This document shows positions 1 through 13,638 of a stretch of 64,000 nt of DNA, in pieces. Numbering within the stretch: the first letter of the stretch is position 1; each line of letters opens with the position of its first letter. Source of the DNA: the human T2T-CHM13v2.0 reference genome, Homo sapiens; the NCBI RefSeq assembly GCF_009914755.1, contig NC_060935.1. The stretch is one strand, 5' to 3'. Below the pieces are notes generated by a model that was given only the letters and a program-made list of their open reading frames with translations, made no database searches and was not told where the DNA came from. A program made the translations under genes and the position numbers.

Positions 1-915
1 ACGTTTTATTGTATGTTTATACCACATATTGTTTATTCATTCATCTATTGAGGAACACTTGGGTTGCTTCCATGTTTTAGCTATTATAATTAATACTGCT
101 TTGAACATAGGTGTGCAAAGACCTCTTTGAGATTCTGCTTTTAATTCTTTTGAGTATATATCCAGAAGTAGAATTGCTGGGTCATATGGTAATTCTCATT
201 TTAATTTTTTTAGGAACTGCCATAGTGTTTTTCACAACATTTGTATTATTTCACATTCCCACCAGCAGTGCATAAGGGTTCCATTTTCTCCACATCTTTA
301 CCAATACTTATTTTCTGTTTTGTTTTGTTTTGTTTTGTTTTGTAATAGCCATCCTAATGGGTGTGCAGTGGTATCTCATTGTGGTTTTGATTTGCATTAT
401 CCTAATGATGAATGATGTTGAGCATCTTTTCATGTGCCTTTGGTCGCTTTGTATATCTTTTTTGGAGAAATGTCTATTTCAGTCCTATGCCTATGTTTGT
501 TTGTTTGTTTTGGAGACACAGTCTCACTCTGTCACCCAGGCTGGTGTACAGTAGTGCCATCAAACTCCTGCCTATGCCCACTTTTGAAATGGGTTGTTTG
601 TTTTGTTGTTGTTCAATGTCTTTTAATCTTTAGCATTTCTTATAGGGCAGGTCAACTAGTGACAAACTCTCTCAGCTTTTGTTTACGTGGGAATGTCTTC
701 ATTTCTCCTTCCTTTGTGAGGGATAGTTATGCCAGATATAGAATTCTTTCTTGACAGTTTTTTTATTCTTTCATCATTTTAAATATGCCATCCTACTGCC
801 CTCTGGCCGCCGTGGTTTCTGATGAGAAATCAGCCGAGACTCATACTAACGATTCGTTGTATAGAATGAGTCACCTCTCTGTTGCTGCTTTCAAGAGTCT
901 CTGTCTTTGCCACTT
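1..915 (-). mobile_element. Old L1 (L1M-type) fragments, with a short antisense Alu piece near 495-560
   Basis: Antisense L1 motifs (gtggtatctcattgtggttttgatttgcatt; aaactctctcagcttttg) and Alu-like gagacacagtctcactctgtcacccaggctgg. Boundaries approximate. Confidence 0.85.
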
Positions 916-1194
916 GTGGAGAAGAGGCCTATTCCTCCAGCTCAAGGGTGGTCTCAGTAGTCGTTCTGGAACCAGGCAAGGTCAGGTTCTTAGCACCTTG
1001 CAGGGTCTCCCCCAGGGGACCTCTCTTTAGCCACCAGCCGCCAGACTTACTTTACAATCTCTTCCCTCTCTCCTCTGATTCTCTGAGTTTGCTGTTCCCT
1101 CTTCCTGGGATGCCCTTTCCCCTAATGTCTGCCTAAAAAAAAAATCTTAAAACCCAGCTGTCACCCCTAACACGACTCCCTTAGTTAACCATGG

Positions 1195-1430
1195 CTGGCA
1201 CTCATATACATTTGGTCTAACAGGCACCAATCTAGGTGCATTACGCATCTTAACCTGTTAAATCCTCACGAGCACGTGGAAGCAGTGTCATTTTGTCACC
1301 TGACGGATGAGGAAAGAAAGGAACATAGAGGTTGAGGAACTTGCCCAAGGTAACACAGCTTGTGAGTGGCTGAGCTGGGATTGAAACTAAGCCATCTGAC
1401 TCCAGGGTCCAAACTCTTAGTGGCCATGCT
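1195..1430 (-). mobile_element. MIR SINE
   Basis: gatgaggaa...aggttgaggaacttgcccaaggtaacacagct...gagctgggattgaa core. Many other MIR fragments in the window are not listed. Confidence 0.75.
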
Positions 1431-2589
1431 ATCCTATGTCTCCGGGACTGATCTGCCTCTTATCTGGTGGTACCATCCTTATCTGTGCCTGGGTCTGTCC
1501 ACCACACCAGGCTGGGAGCTCTGAGGACATGTCTTGTTAACAGTGTCCTCTGTACTTTAGTCTGAACCTGTACTCAGTGAAGGTCGGTTATATGAACTCG
1601 TGGTAGAATGCCTGGAAGCTCACCACCAGCACTTCCTTGTGTCTGAGGTCTGGGTCCTGTCCCAATGTACTGCTATAGATGGGCGGGGAGAGATAGGTGT
1701 GCCTGTTTTCGGCTTGACTGGGGGAAGGACCTCTCCTGAGAGCGGTGTCCCTGAGAGGTCACAGGAAGTGAGTGGGAATCACTGATCAGTCAGCTTCGTG
1801 CTGGACAGCAGAGCCCTGGGTTCCCAAGGCTGGGACAGGGAGTGGGGTAGAACTGGGCCCATCCTGGGTGGCTCTGAGCCCTGTGTGAGGCATCACCGTC
1901 TTTTTCGTTGCCATTCCCCCCACCCAGTCCCCCGCCCCCACTCTCTGCCGTTGTTCATTCGTTGGGGAGCAGTTGGCTTCCAGGATACTAGGCAATGCAG
2001 AGAGCCACAAATGCAGACTGGAGGCCTTGAAAAGAGAAGAGGAAGAAAAAGGAGGAAAGAGGGGAGGAGGACAAAGATAGGCAGGGCAAGGCGAGAAGGA
2101 GGGAATGGGAGAGGAGTCACAGGGCCTGGGCCTTCCGGACCCTCGGGATGGGACGGTGGCCTCTGGCTCACAGCCCAGCGTGGACCGACGCCTGGTGTCC
2201 AGCCCTGTGTGGCTGCTAGGACACAGGAGGCCAGCTTGGCCCATTGCAGGGAGAGCTCTGAGCCATCGAGGTGGTTCAGCTGTCCTGGGGAGTTCAGGGG
2301 ACCCCACACCAGGCCTCCAAGGCCTCTTCTGCAGGATGGACGTGGGCTGCTATTTGACCTCGGGGGCTGCGGGAGGAGGACATAGCCTCTTCAGGGGCTT
2401 TCCCCCAAACTTACCCCAGAAGGAAACTGTATCTGCCCTCACTCCCCAGAGGCAGCCAGGGAGCCAGAAATATCTTCAATGCATCTCTCCTTTAGTCTTA
2501 AAAACCCCGGGAGTTTACCGCGTTCTAGTCCATAACATCCTCGTGTTTCCTTCCATGGAAAACATAGAAAAAAACATGACGATTTTTTC

Positions 2590-3070
2590 CAAAACTGCCG
2601 TCAGGTGCGGTGCCAGGTGCCACGTTTATCCCGGGCCTACCGCCGCGGTGCCAGTGAAGCCGCCTGGGATTCCGGGCAAAGTGGGGCTGTGGGGGGTTCG
2701 GCCGAGACGGAGGGGGCCGGGGTGGCGCGGGCGCCCCCTCGCCGTCCCGCCCGCGGGCGTCACCTAAGCCGCCGTTGCCATGGGCCCGCAGCAGATGGCC
2801 CGGTTTAGGGTTCCGGGGCGGGCGGCGCGCACGGGATTAGGTGAATTAGGGAGCCGGAGCAGTGCCGCCGTCGCCGTCGCAGCGCCATGGAGGACCCCGC
2901 CGACCCTGCCGACCCCGCGCGCATCCCGCAGCCCGGCAAGTGGGCGCTGGTGCGCAGCCTGAACCAGGCGTTCAAGACCTACGCCGTCCTGCCGGTGAGG
3001 CCCGGGCCAGGAGGGGAGAAGGGAGGGGGAGGGCGCCTCGCCCCGGGCCTCAGTTTCCCCGCCTGTTAGA
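2590..3070. promoter_or_regulatory. CpG island / probable alternative promoter in intron 2
   Basis: Very high GC and CpG density with GGGCGG-type boxes, surrounding the ATG at 2887. Confidence 0.8.
2887..2994 (+). CDS. MYO7A: Candidate alternative first coding exon (N-terminus MEDPADPADPARIPQPGKWALVRSLNQAFKTYAVLP)
   Basis: Strong Kozak gcgccATGG in a CpG island; 36 open codons end at donor CCG|GTGAGG, phase 0, matching the phase-0 start of exon 3. Confidence 0.72.
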
Positions 3071-5520
3071 AGCTGGGCGGGCCACAAACAGGGTCGCTAG
3101 GCTTCAGGGTGTGCATGGACTGCGGCCCTAGGATGCCACCTGCGGTCTCTGACCTCCCCCAGTGTGAACTTGGCCGCGGCTGCCCTTTCCTAGGAGGAGA
3201 GGTTTTGCATCTGGGAAACCCAAGCCAGGCAGGCCAGGTCTGGGCGGGGGTGTCCTGCATTTGCTGAGATCCAGAGCAGGGAGCACCTCCAGGTGCACAG
3301 AGGGACCCCCAGCCATAGTTTATGGACTGGCTGACCGCTGATGGAAGAGAAAGCTAGGCCCACTGGTCTCCTCTCCAAACTATGTTTAGCAACTAGACAC
3401 TAGCAAGATGCTTGGCTCACGTTTCCCATCTGTGAAAATGGGGTGATAAAACCGGTGTCCCAGAGTGATCATGAAGATAACGAGCGGCAAAATGTCCTGA
3501 AACAGATTCCTTTTCACTCCACAAACAGGGACTGGCCCCAGGCCTGGTCCCAGAGGAAGGAAGAGGCAGAAAGGGCTAAGGCCCTGTGGGGAATTATTAA
3601 TATTGGCTCGAGACCGGCTTGATGCCTGGGAGGAAGGAGGGTAGACAGAAAGAACAATGTGCATTTGCATGGGTCTCTCATCTTTACATGCACTGACTCC
3701 TTCCATTTCATGGCTGGTGGAAACTGAGGCCCAGAAAGATTGAGTGCCTCACCCAGAGAGACACAGCGTTAGTGGTGGAGCTGGGACTATAAGCCAGATC
3801 TCCTATGTGTTCACTGTGGATATGTGCTGGCTTTCCTGGGGGGAGGCCCCACAGGGGTTTTGGAGTACCCCTGAGAACATTCGAACAGACCCATTCTAGG
3901 AAGGCACGACTCGGGCTGGGAGCCTGCATAGCTGGCAGGGCCTGGGAAACCCTCTGCCCTGGTCATATATTTGATAGGAGAAAAGCTGGGACTTGCCCCA
4001 CGTTACACAGCCACACTGAGGCATGTGTCGTGTCACAAACGAGATCTTCCATTCAAGGTGAGTACCAAGCAAGGCGCCCCATACAGTGTGTAAAGTTGTC
4101 ACGGAACATGGTGTAGGAATGGGGCCAGATGCAGTGGTGGGGTGCCTGGGGCTAGCCATGGGGATGGGAGGGGGTGGTGGGGTCCTACCTGGAGCCTGGT
4201 TCCCCATTCTCACCTCCCTCCTGCCTCTCAATGAAGCTTCATCTTCTTTCATGGCTTCCTTCCTCCCTTCCTTCTCCCTCTGAGCCAGTGACTCCTGATC
4301 CACCCTGATTTTGGTCCTGGCTCTGTCCTCCAGATGCTAATAGTCCTGTCAGTCACTGATTTGATGAGTGACTGTGGCCAGGTTCCTTTCTCTCTTTGGC
4401 CCTCAGTTTCCTCGGCTGTAAAATGAGGATCCTTACAACCTGCCTGCCTTGCGATGCTTCAAGAACTTTCCCTAGGGCCACAGGAATATTCCCCTTCAGA
4501 AGTCCTAAGACCCCAGAATTCTCCCTGAAGCCTCTCCCCTGCCATCTGAAACTGTTTCCTCAAGTCTGGCCTAGAGCAAGATAGTTTGGTCACTGCCCTC
4601 TGTGACAGCCCTAAGTAAGAAGAGTTGTAGTCATGTCTGTTTGCTGTGTGGCCCCAAGAGCTTCACTCAGCCTCTCGGAATCTCCATTTCCTGCTCACAT
4701 GAAGTTTTTTTTATTTTGGTTATTTTATCTTCTCCCAGGGGAAACAAACATTTTCTGTGTGCCAGGCCCTGTGCTGGGTTGAGGGATACAGGTGACTCAG
4801 AGAGACCCCTGCCTTCCAGCTGCCCTCAGCCTAAGTCTCCAGCTTGCCTTCAGGGCCCTTGAGCCATCTGGGCGGGGGAGGACTCTATCAGTGTTTCCTG
4901 TTTTGCTCAGTGAGCTGCATGTGGGACTGGGCCCAGGGAATGTCAGGAAAGAGCCCTGGATTTGGGGTTTGTCAGACCTGGGCTTCAGTCCTGGCTCTGC
5001 CACAAAACAGCTGTGTGACCTTGGGCACGTTTCTTGACCTCTTTGAGGAGAGAAATTGGAGACAGTCCCCTGGCCACATGCTGTTGCCCACAAGCGAACA
5101 CGCTCCCCACCCCTTCTCTCTCACCGAGGCCCGCTCTGGGCTGGGCTCTGGGGAGCCACAGATGAGGGACTCAGACCCAGCCCCACCCTAGGGAGCTCCA
5201 GGCCAGTGGGGAAGGGGAGCAGACCCTGTGTGGGGTGGCTGTCAGGGGTAAGCCCAGGGTCAGGGAGTGCAGCTGGGGCTTGGACACAAGCAGCTGTGAG
5301 GATTATATGGGGCAGTTTACGGGATGCAGCCTGTGGAGCCCAGGCCCACAGTGAATGCTCAGTAAACAGTTCTCTTCCACGCCCAAGCCTCTCCAATTTT
5401 TCTTACTTTTTCTGGGAGGAAGTTTGGGTTTGGGACTAGCCTGACTCTATCATGTGCCAACCTCCCATTCACATGAAGAGAGGGTCCACAGGGGCAGCTG
5501 TGGCTGGAAAATAGCACATA

Positions 5521-5797
5521 GATGGCAGTGGTCCCATAAGACTATAATGCCATATTTTACTGTACCTTTTATGTGTATGTTTAGATATGTTTACATACAC
5601 AAATACACACTATGGATTATGACTGCCTATAGTATTCAGTACAGTAGCAGGTTGTACAGGTTTGTAGTGTAGGAGCAAGAGGCTACCCCATCCAGCCTAG
5701 GTGTGTAGTGGGCTGTACCATCTAGGTTTGTGAAGTACACTCGATGACTTCATATGTTTGCATAGAACTTATCTCTGACATTAACAATGCATGACTG
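5521..5797 (-). mobile_element. Tigger3/MER7-type MITE
   Basis: Matches recalled consensus (ggtcccataagactataat...ttttactgtaccttt...gcatgactg-TA). Confidence 0.8.
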
Positions 5798-6299
5798 TAG
5801 CTGGTTCTGATGGGAACAAGAGGAGGCTGAAACAGTAATGAGTTGGTCTTGGACTCACTGAGTTCAGCCTTCACTGAGAAATGTGGAAATTGAGGCTCAG
5901 AGAGGTCAGCGACTCACCCAAGGCCGGGTAGGGCCTGAAACCCAGTCTTCTGACTCCTAGCCCAGAACAGATTCTGTCAGACCATTACCACGGTTTACTT
6001 CATTGTGAATCAGTTTTATAAGTTGTTACATTTTTTTTTACTTGATATTAAGTTATATTCTTATTAGAATGTCCCAACTCCTAGGGAGTTGGAGTACCAC
6101 CCAAAAAAGAATACTTTTATTAGGATTAGAATAAAATCTAAGCTTGTATCCCAAGGCCAGCAAAGGGCCTATGTGTCCTGGACCCTGCCTACTTCTCTGA
6201 GCTCCCTCTCGCCCATCAGGTCCTACCTCCTGGCTGTTCCTTTCTGCCGCAGGGCCTTTGCATGTGCTGTTTCCTATGCTGGGATTACTGTCCCCTGCT

Positions 6300-6600
6300 T
6301 TTCCCTTGGCTGACTGCTTGTCACCCTTCAGGTGTCAGCTCAGCGATTCCCTCCATGGAGCGGCTCCATTGGCTACTGGGTCTAGGTTGGTTGGCTCTGT
6401 CATTCTCCACCATTGGCTTGTTTGTTTCCTTGACAGCACTCACCAGTATCCAAAGTGATCGTGCTGATCTATTTGCTCAGTTTTTTGTCACCACCTCTAA
6501 CTAGAACGTAGACTCCATAATCACTGCTCAACCCCCAGCATTTAGATTAATCAGTGCTTTGCACTCAGTAGGTAATCAATACATGTTTGTTGAATCCATC
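6300..6600. mobile_element. L2 3' fragment
   Basis: cagtgctttgcactcagtaggtaatcaatacatgtttgttgaat, typical L2 tail. Confidence 0.6.
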
Positions 6601-7285
6601 AGTGCTGAATGTGGTTGTTCTTAGTCCATTTCTCTGACTTGGGATTTTACGTTTGGCTCTCACGATCCCTTGCTGAATGAGTAGTGCGAGTCAGGCCCTG
6701 GGCCAGATGCCGCAGGGGACACAAAGCGACATCCTCCCCCAGGATCAGGGCTCTCTCCACATGCCAGAAGACAATGTGGCTGAACCCTTCTCTAGTGCCC
6801 AGCACGGAGTGGTGTCCCTGTGAGGAACCTGTCATAATGATGATAAAAATCAGCCCTGGAGGTGAAGGAGGCTGCAGCATTCACCCACTGTCTGGGTGTC
6901 CTGTGGTGTCATGTTAGAGAGGAAGTGGTTTGAGTGGTCTGGTGTTTCTGTCTAGACCCCAGTGAATCTGTCATACACATGTAGGGTGTAGATCCATGGG
7001 GAGAGCTGGGCTTTGAGAGGCCTTGGCTCTCTCTGAGCCTCTGCTAAGTCATCCATAAAATGGGAATATGGCTGTTCTAGAGGGGGGATTGATGAGATTG
7101 CATAAATGCCCAGCCCAGGGCCTGCACTGCTCCAGAAGGTTGCTAGTAAGTGTGAGTCCCCTTCTCTTCCCCCTTGTGTGGTTGGCTCAGAGCCTCTGAT
7201 TGTAGCAGAGGGATATAGGGCTGCCTGGAAGGGGCTCCAATCCCCCTCCCTGCTCACCTGGGCTGAGACTCTCTCTCGCCCATAG

Positions 7286-7540
<255 letters not shown>

Positions 7541-10500
7541 TGAGCTTTCCCCAGCACCCCAACAAGAGGGAACCCCTGCCTGCCTCAGGCTACTTGTTCT
7601 GTTTCCACAAGCACTTCAGTCCACTCTGCATGGTGTTAGAGATGTGTGTGTGTGTGGTGGGGTTTGAGTGCAGGGGGAGCAGGCTAGGAGCTCCTCAGAC
7701 ACAGAGGTGCTTTGGGGGCAGACTGCATTCAAATCCTATCTCGTCCATTTGTTAGCTGCGCAAACTTGGCCTAGTCTCCTTCCCTCCTGACCCTCAGTTT
7801 CCTCTTTGTAAAATGAGGATAATAATACGTATCTCACAGGGCTGTTGACCCATACATGAGATCACACGTGCAGAACACCTCAGTGAAGTTAGTGCTAGTC
7901 TGAAAGTTAAATGAACGTCCACAGCCTCACTGTGTTGGGTTACTGACATCACATGAATCCACTGTCCACCTTGACACTGCTCTGGAAATTGGTCTCACAG
8001 ATTAACCCTTTATCTGTGGCCCAGAAGGAAAGGGACCCCAGAAGTGTAAGTTTTCTAGGTAATGATAGTGGGGCCTTGGGGAGGGAAGGAGAGGTCTGAA
8101 GTCAGGGGCCTGCCCCGGAGAAGGTGGCTGGTTCACGTGAGGGCCCGGAGGGGAAGCCCTGGGGCCTCTGAGCATGCGTGCACATGTGTGTGTCACTGGG
8201 GGTATGCAGATGGGGTGCAGAGCACACAGGGGCAGCTTAGCAGGGATATGAAGAATCCAGGGAGATTCAGCTCTGCCATAATGTGGGCTGTGCCCTGCGG
8301 TGTGCCAGGGGCTGGGACACAGAATTGGACTGAGTCCCTCTTAGCCTCCTGGTCTGAGGGAGGAGAGTCAGGAGAAAGAGGGTGCAGGGACTTGAAACTG
8401 AGGCTCTGCTGGGGACGACGGGAGGGCTCAGGACCCTCGAGGCCAGGTGCTTGACAAGGAGTGGGCAGGAGCATCCCAGATATTCCTGCAGCCCTCAGGT
8501 GCATCCCCTCAGAGTTTGCAAGACCCTTTAACCCAAGTTCTGTCTTTGGACTCTCATGGCATCTGTGGAAGGCAGGGAGGGAAAGAATTGTCATCCCATG
8601 AGGAAACTGAGGCACATAGAGGGACCACACAGCCAGTCACACAGCTAGTAAGTGATGGTGCTGGGATTAGAACCCAGGACCTCTGTCTTCTATGCATGAG
8701 TTTCCCCTGTCAGCATTATCTCAGCGGCGACTTTGGAGCTCAGATTCTGCTAATCACATTTTTGGCCCTTGGGCCGTAGAACCCAAGGCCTGCAATATCA
8801 TTCCAGAGGCTCCAGTTCTAGGACCCTCTAGGAACCTACTATGAGGGTGCAGCCACAGAAGGGGAGGCACAGGCTGGGTGGCAGCATAGACGGGCCTGCT
8901 AACCTGCCCAGAGCCCCCAGGGTGGGGACCAGGGACTCTGTCTGCAGGCTTGAGTTTCACCTGGGTCATGTTGCATGTCAGATGGTGTCCCGTAACTGCG
9001 TCACCGAATCCCAAAGGTCCCCTCCCGCTTCTCCTCCACCCAGGCCCTGAGAGTGGGGGCTGCAGGAGGGGTGGGCATGACTGGCTGGCAGGGGCAGTTC
9101 GGGAGGCTGGGGTTTGCATCTGTGGCATTGGACCCCCAGGGCTTCCAGACCGCTCCTTCACAAGCCTTTCCCACCCCCATTCCATCCCCTCCCTCCCAAC
9201 TCCAGGCTGTCATCTCTTACCCCTCTGTCTGCCCACAGACTCCTAGCAACTTGAGAGCAGGGAACAGGCCAGTCCCATCTGGTTCCCCAGAGTTCATCAA
9301 GGGGTCTGCCCAGGGAAGGCTCTTGGCAAAGACTCGCTGAGTGATGAATGAAAGGTTATGGTTTCAGTCCCCACTGGAATCCCAGTGTCTTGCCTTTGTC
9401 CAAGCCATTTCTGTTGCCAGATACACCCCTCCTTCCCTTCCTCTAGGGAGCAAGCTGTCCCTGCTCAGTCCAGGCCAGCTCTTTCCCAAAGGCATCCCTG
9501 GTCCCTGGAATTGACCATGTTCCCTTCCCCCAGTTGCTGGCATTTCTTCAGGCCAGGCCTCAGCTACTGCCCTGGTTACACTTTGGCCCCCGGTAGGTAC
9601 CTGTGGACCTTGACCTGCAGGGTGCTGGCCTCTGTTGGGACTCCTCCCACGCAGGAAACAGTGGGAGCGGTGCAGCTACTGGGCAAGTCATTTTACCTCT
9701 TGAGTCCGGCTCGTCACTGTTAAATGGGGTCAGTGATTCTCTGTTAGGGATGTTAGAGAAGCAAATGTAAATCACAAGGCAGTAGAGTGACAATGCCCAG
9801 CTCTGGATGAGCATTTACCAAGCAGCAGCACTCTACAGACCTGGCAGGAGAAAGCTGTCAACAAAGATGGATGTCGTGATCACATCCATCAGTCCTCCCA
9901 AAACCCCTGGGAAGAAGGGATTCTTACTCTCATTCCCATTTCACAGCTGAGGACATGGAGGCTCAGGAGGGCAAATTGATGTGCTCAGGGGTCCGGGGTC
10001 AGGCCGTGGCTGAGCACTGTCAACCTGTGTGCTGAACTGTCATGGGGAGGGATGTGGGGACCTGAGGCTGGGGTCAAGTGGCGACAGCAGACAGCCTGCC
10101 CAGGAGCCCTCTCCCCTCCTGTCCACACTGGGGCCTGGGACAGAGGCAGGGAGCGGGGACCGCATGGGGGGATTTTCCAACAGGATCAGCTTGTATAAGA
10201 AATAGGGTGCCTGGGAGAGAGGAATGTTCCACACGGGACTGGAAAGTCCAGGCAGGTTCCCTAACAGTACCCACCCCCTCGCCCTGGGGAGGCTGCGTGA
10301 GAGCCTGCCCTGCGTTGAAGTGCTGCTGGCCCAGAAGTGCCGTGGAGTATCAGGGAAACTGGGGTGGGGGGCTCTGTCCAGCGCAGCCCCTAATCCCCCT
10401 GAGGGCCTGGGCAGGCTGCCACCCTCCTCCGAGCCTGTTTTCTCATGTGAAGTGAGGGGGCTGGAATGGGGGACTTCTGGGGTCTGTCCATGACTGACTT

Positions 10501-12279
10501 CTGCCTCTCATTCAGACCTGGTCCCCCGCAGTCACCAGCCAGCCATCTGTCCCATCAGAGGCTCCCTGCCACATCATTTGTGCCCGGCCCCTGTGTGAGG
10601 CACCGTGGCCTGAGATGTGGCCCTGGAGGCAGGGGGATGGCACAGATGGAGCATGTGAGGGTGGCCAGCACTGTCAGGGGAGGCTTCAGAAACTGGGAAA
10701 CCTCCGAGCCAAGCCTCGAAGGCTAAGGAGAAAGAAGGTAGAGGGAACAGTGGAGCGAAGTCACAGAGGCCTTTGGGGACATGAAACCCGTGTTCCCTGG
10801 CTAGGATGTACCGGGGGTAGCTGGGATGGAGGTTAGGGGTCCTTGTGTCTAGCGCATGCTGGCCCTTGATGCCAGGCTGAGGAGCCCAGGGGAGTCAGGG
10901 AAGGGCTGAGAGCCCCAGAGTGACAGGGTCAGGAGGGTGCCTCAGGAAAGGCCCAGGGGACGAGGGATTTGATGGAAGAGCTGGAGGTAAGATGGGGACA
11001 GCAAGAGGCCGGGGCCGGGCCAGTGAGAGACGGTGGTCTCAATCAGGGTATGGGCTTGAGGGTGGCAAGGAGGGTACTGCCCACTCAGCAGCCTTTTAGA
11101 GGGTTGAATGGGCAGGACTGGGTGACCTGTTGGACTGGGGTGGTGGTGGGGGGAGCTGATGTCCAGATTCCTGCTAGTGTCCAGCTGTTGGGGTTGACTA
11201 TGCCAGAAGGGACCTGGAGGAGGAGCAGGTGGGGGAGGACATGGCATGTGCATCACATCTGCTCAGCGAGTCTCAGGGCCTGAGCTGGGAGGTGGCAGAG
11301 AGGTCCCCTTTCCCCCCAGAAGGCAGGTCCTGGGGCTACTGGGTCATGGCATTTGGGGATGGGAGGGCTGACGTACTCTCAGGCAATGGCCACACTTCCC
11401 TGAGAGTCTGGGATTTTGCAAAGGTGCTGGAGACCCTCTGGGGGCGGGGAGGGCCCCAGGGCCCTGAGGAAACCAGGGCTTTGCCAGCTTGTTGAAAGAG
11501 CTGGTGCACTTCCCAAATGCTCACCCATCTGCCACCACAAGGCAGCTGGGGAATATTGCGGAGTAAGGAGAGCTGGGCAGGCAGCCTGTGTCCTCCACTT
11601 CAGCTCACACGTCCCAAGAGTTCACACCTCTTGCTCCCACAGGTCATCAGCAAGCCCCAGGAAATATCTCCTGGGTGGGTCCCCTTCTCCCCATCACCAC
11701 TGCTACTGCCCTGCCTTCCAGCTTTCCCCTGAACCTGCCAAGCCTTTGCCAGCCTGAGGAGTTGTTTTGCTGTTCCCTGGGCCTGGAGCCCTCTGCCCCC
11801 CTCCCCCTAATCTTTTTACAGTGGTCTCTTTCTCTTCCTTCATGCCTCAGCTCATATGCCACCTCCTCGGAGGGGCAGTCCCTGACCACCACATCTCAAG
11901 CAGCTCCCCCCATGACTCTCCACCACATACACCTGTTGAGGTATTCTTGGCACTATCTGAAATCACTTTTTAATGTTTTTCTTTCTTTCTTTCTTTCTTT
12001 TTTACCGGAGCCTGAATTTGAGACCAAGCTTGTCTACTTCTAATTATTACCCTTTCCACTCCATCCTGCAAAGGGCCTGAGGGAACTCTGATCCCCTTAC
12101 TGACAACAGTCAGATGGGGCCAAAATCCCTGCCCTGCCCACCTCTTAGGTCTGCGGGAAAATCCCCTAAGAGAAGGAGCGGTCCTTGAGGGGTAGAGGTG
12201 GCTGGTACCATCCTGACTGAACCCTGTTAGAACTGACAGTGTCTGGCTGCCAGAGAGGTCGAGGCCCTTACCCGGGTTG

Positions 12280-12836
<557 letters not shown>

Positions 12837-13162
12837 TGAGCGGCTTGGTGCTTTGCCCATGCACAGGAGGGCAGCTCTGCTGGGCGTTTGCTAAGGGACT
12901 AGGACCTGCCATCAGGCCGCAGGGCCAAGAGAGGATGGATAGGGATGGATGGATATCCTCAGGAGGGTGCTAAAGGAGGGAACATGCTCTGCTCCTCCAC
13001 CCCTCAAACCTTGATATTAGAAACACACACACACACCACTCTCCTCCACCTTCAAATGGGGAGGACAAATAAAGATGTCTGCCCCAGCCAGGACAGAGCA
13101 GATTCCAAGAGGCTGAGCTCAGAGAAGAGCAGAGCAATAAGGGCCCGTGGAGATCATTTACT

Positions 13163-13638
13163 CTAGAGGTTCTCACACTTTTTGGTCACAGGGACCCTTT
13201 ATGTTCTTAAAAATTATTGAGGATCCCAAAGGACTTTTGTGTACTGGGTTATATCTGTTGATATTTGCCATATTAGAAGTTAAAGCTGGGACATTTAGAA
13301 ACGTATTAATTTTTGAAAAAGTAACCATAATAAATCTATTATAAGATAATATAAATAACATTTTTACTAAAAATGACATTTCCCAAAATAATAAAAATGG
13401 TGAGAAGAGTAGCATTGTTTTTACAGATTTTTTCAAATCTCTTTAATGTCTGGCTTAATAAAGCCAACTGGATTCTCATCTCTGCTTCACGTCCAGTCTG
13501 ATGTGATATTTTGGCTGAAGTGTTTGAAGAAAATCTGGCCTCACAGATGTGTAGTTGGAAAAGAGATGGCTTTGCAGACTTCCTGCAAGGGTCTTGGACC
13601 CCCTAGGGGTCTTTGGTCCACACCCTGACAACTGCTGC
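13163..13638. mobile_element. hAT-Charlie non-autonomous element (MER119-like)
   Basis: Ends aggttctcaca.../...tgacaactgctg, flanked by ctctag target-like sites; AT-rich interior. Subfamily from memory. Confidence 0.65.

Noticed and set aside
1786-2767. Overlapping 140-220 aa ORFs upstream of the CpG island
   Set aside because: GC-rich chance ORFs, mostly with non-ATG starts, and no recognisable domain or exon structure.
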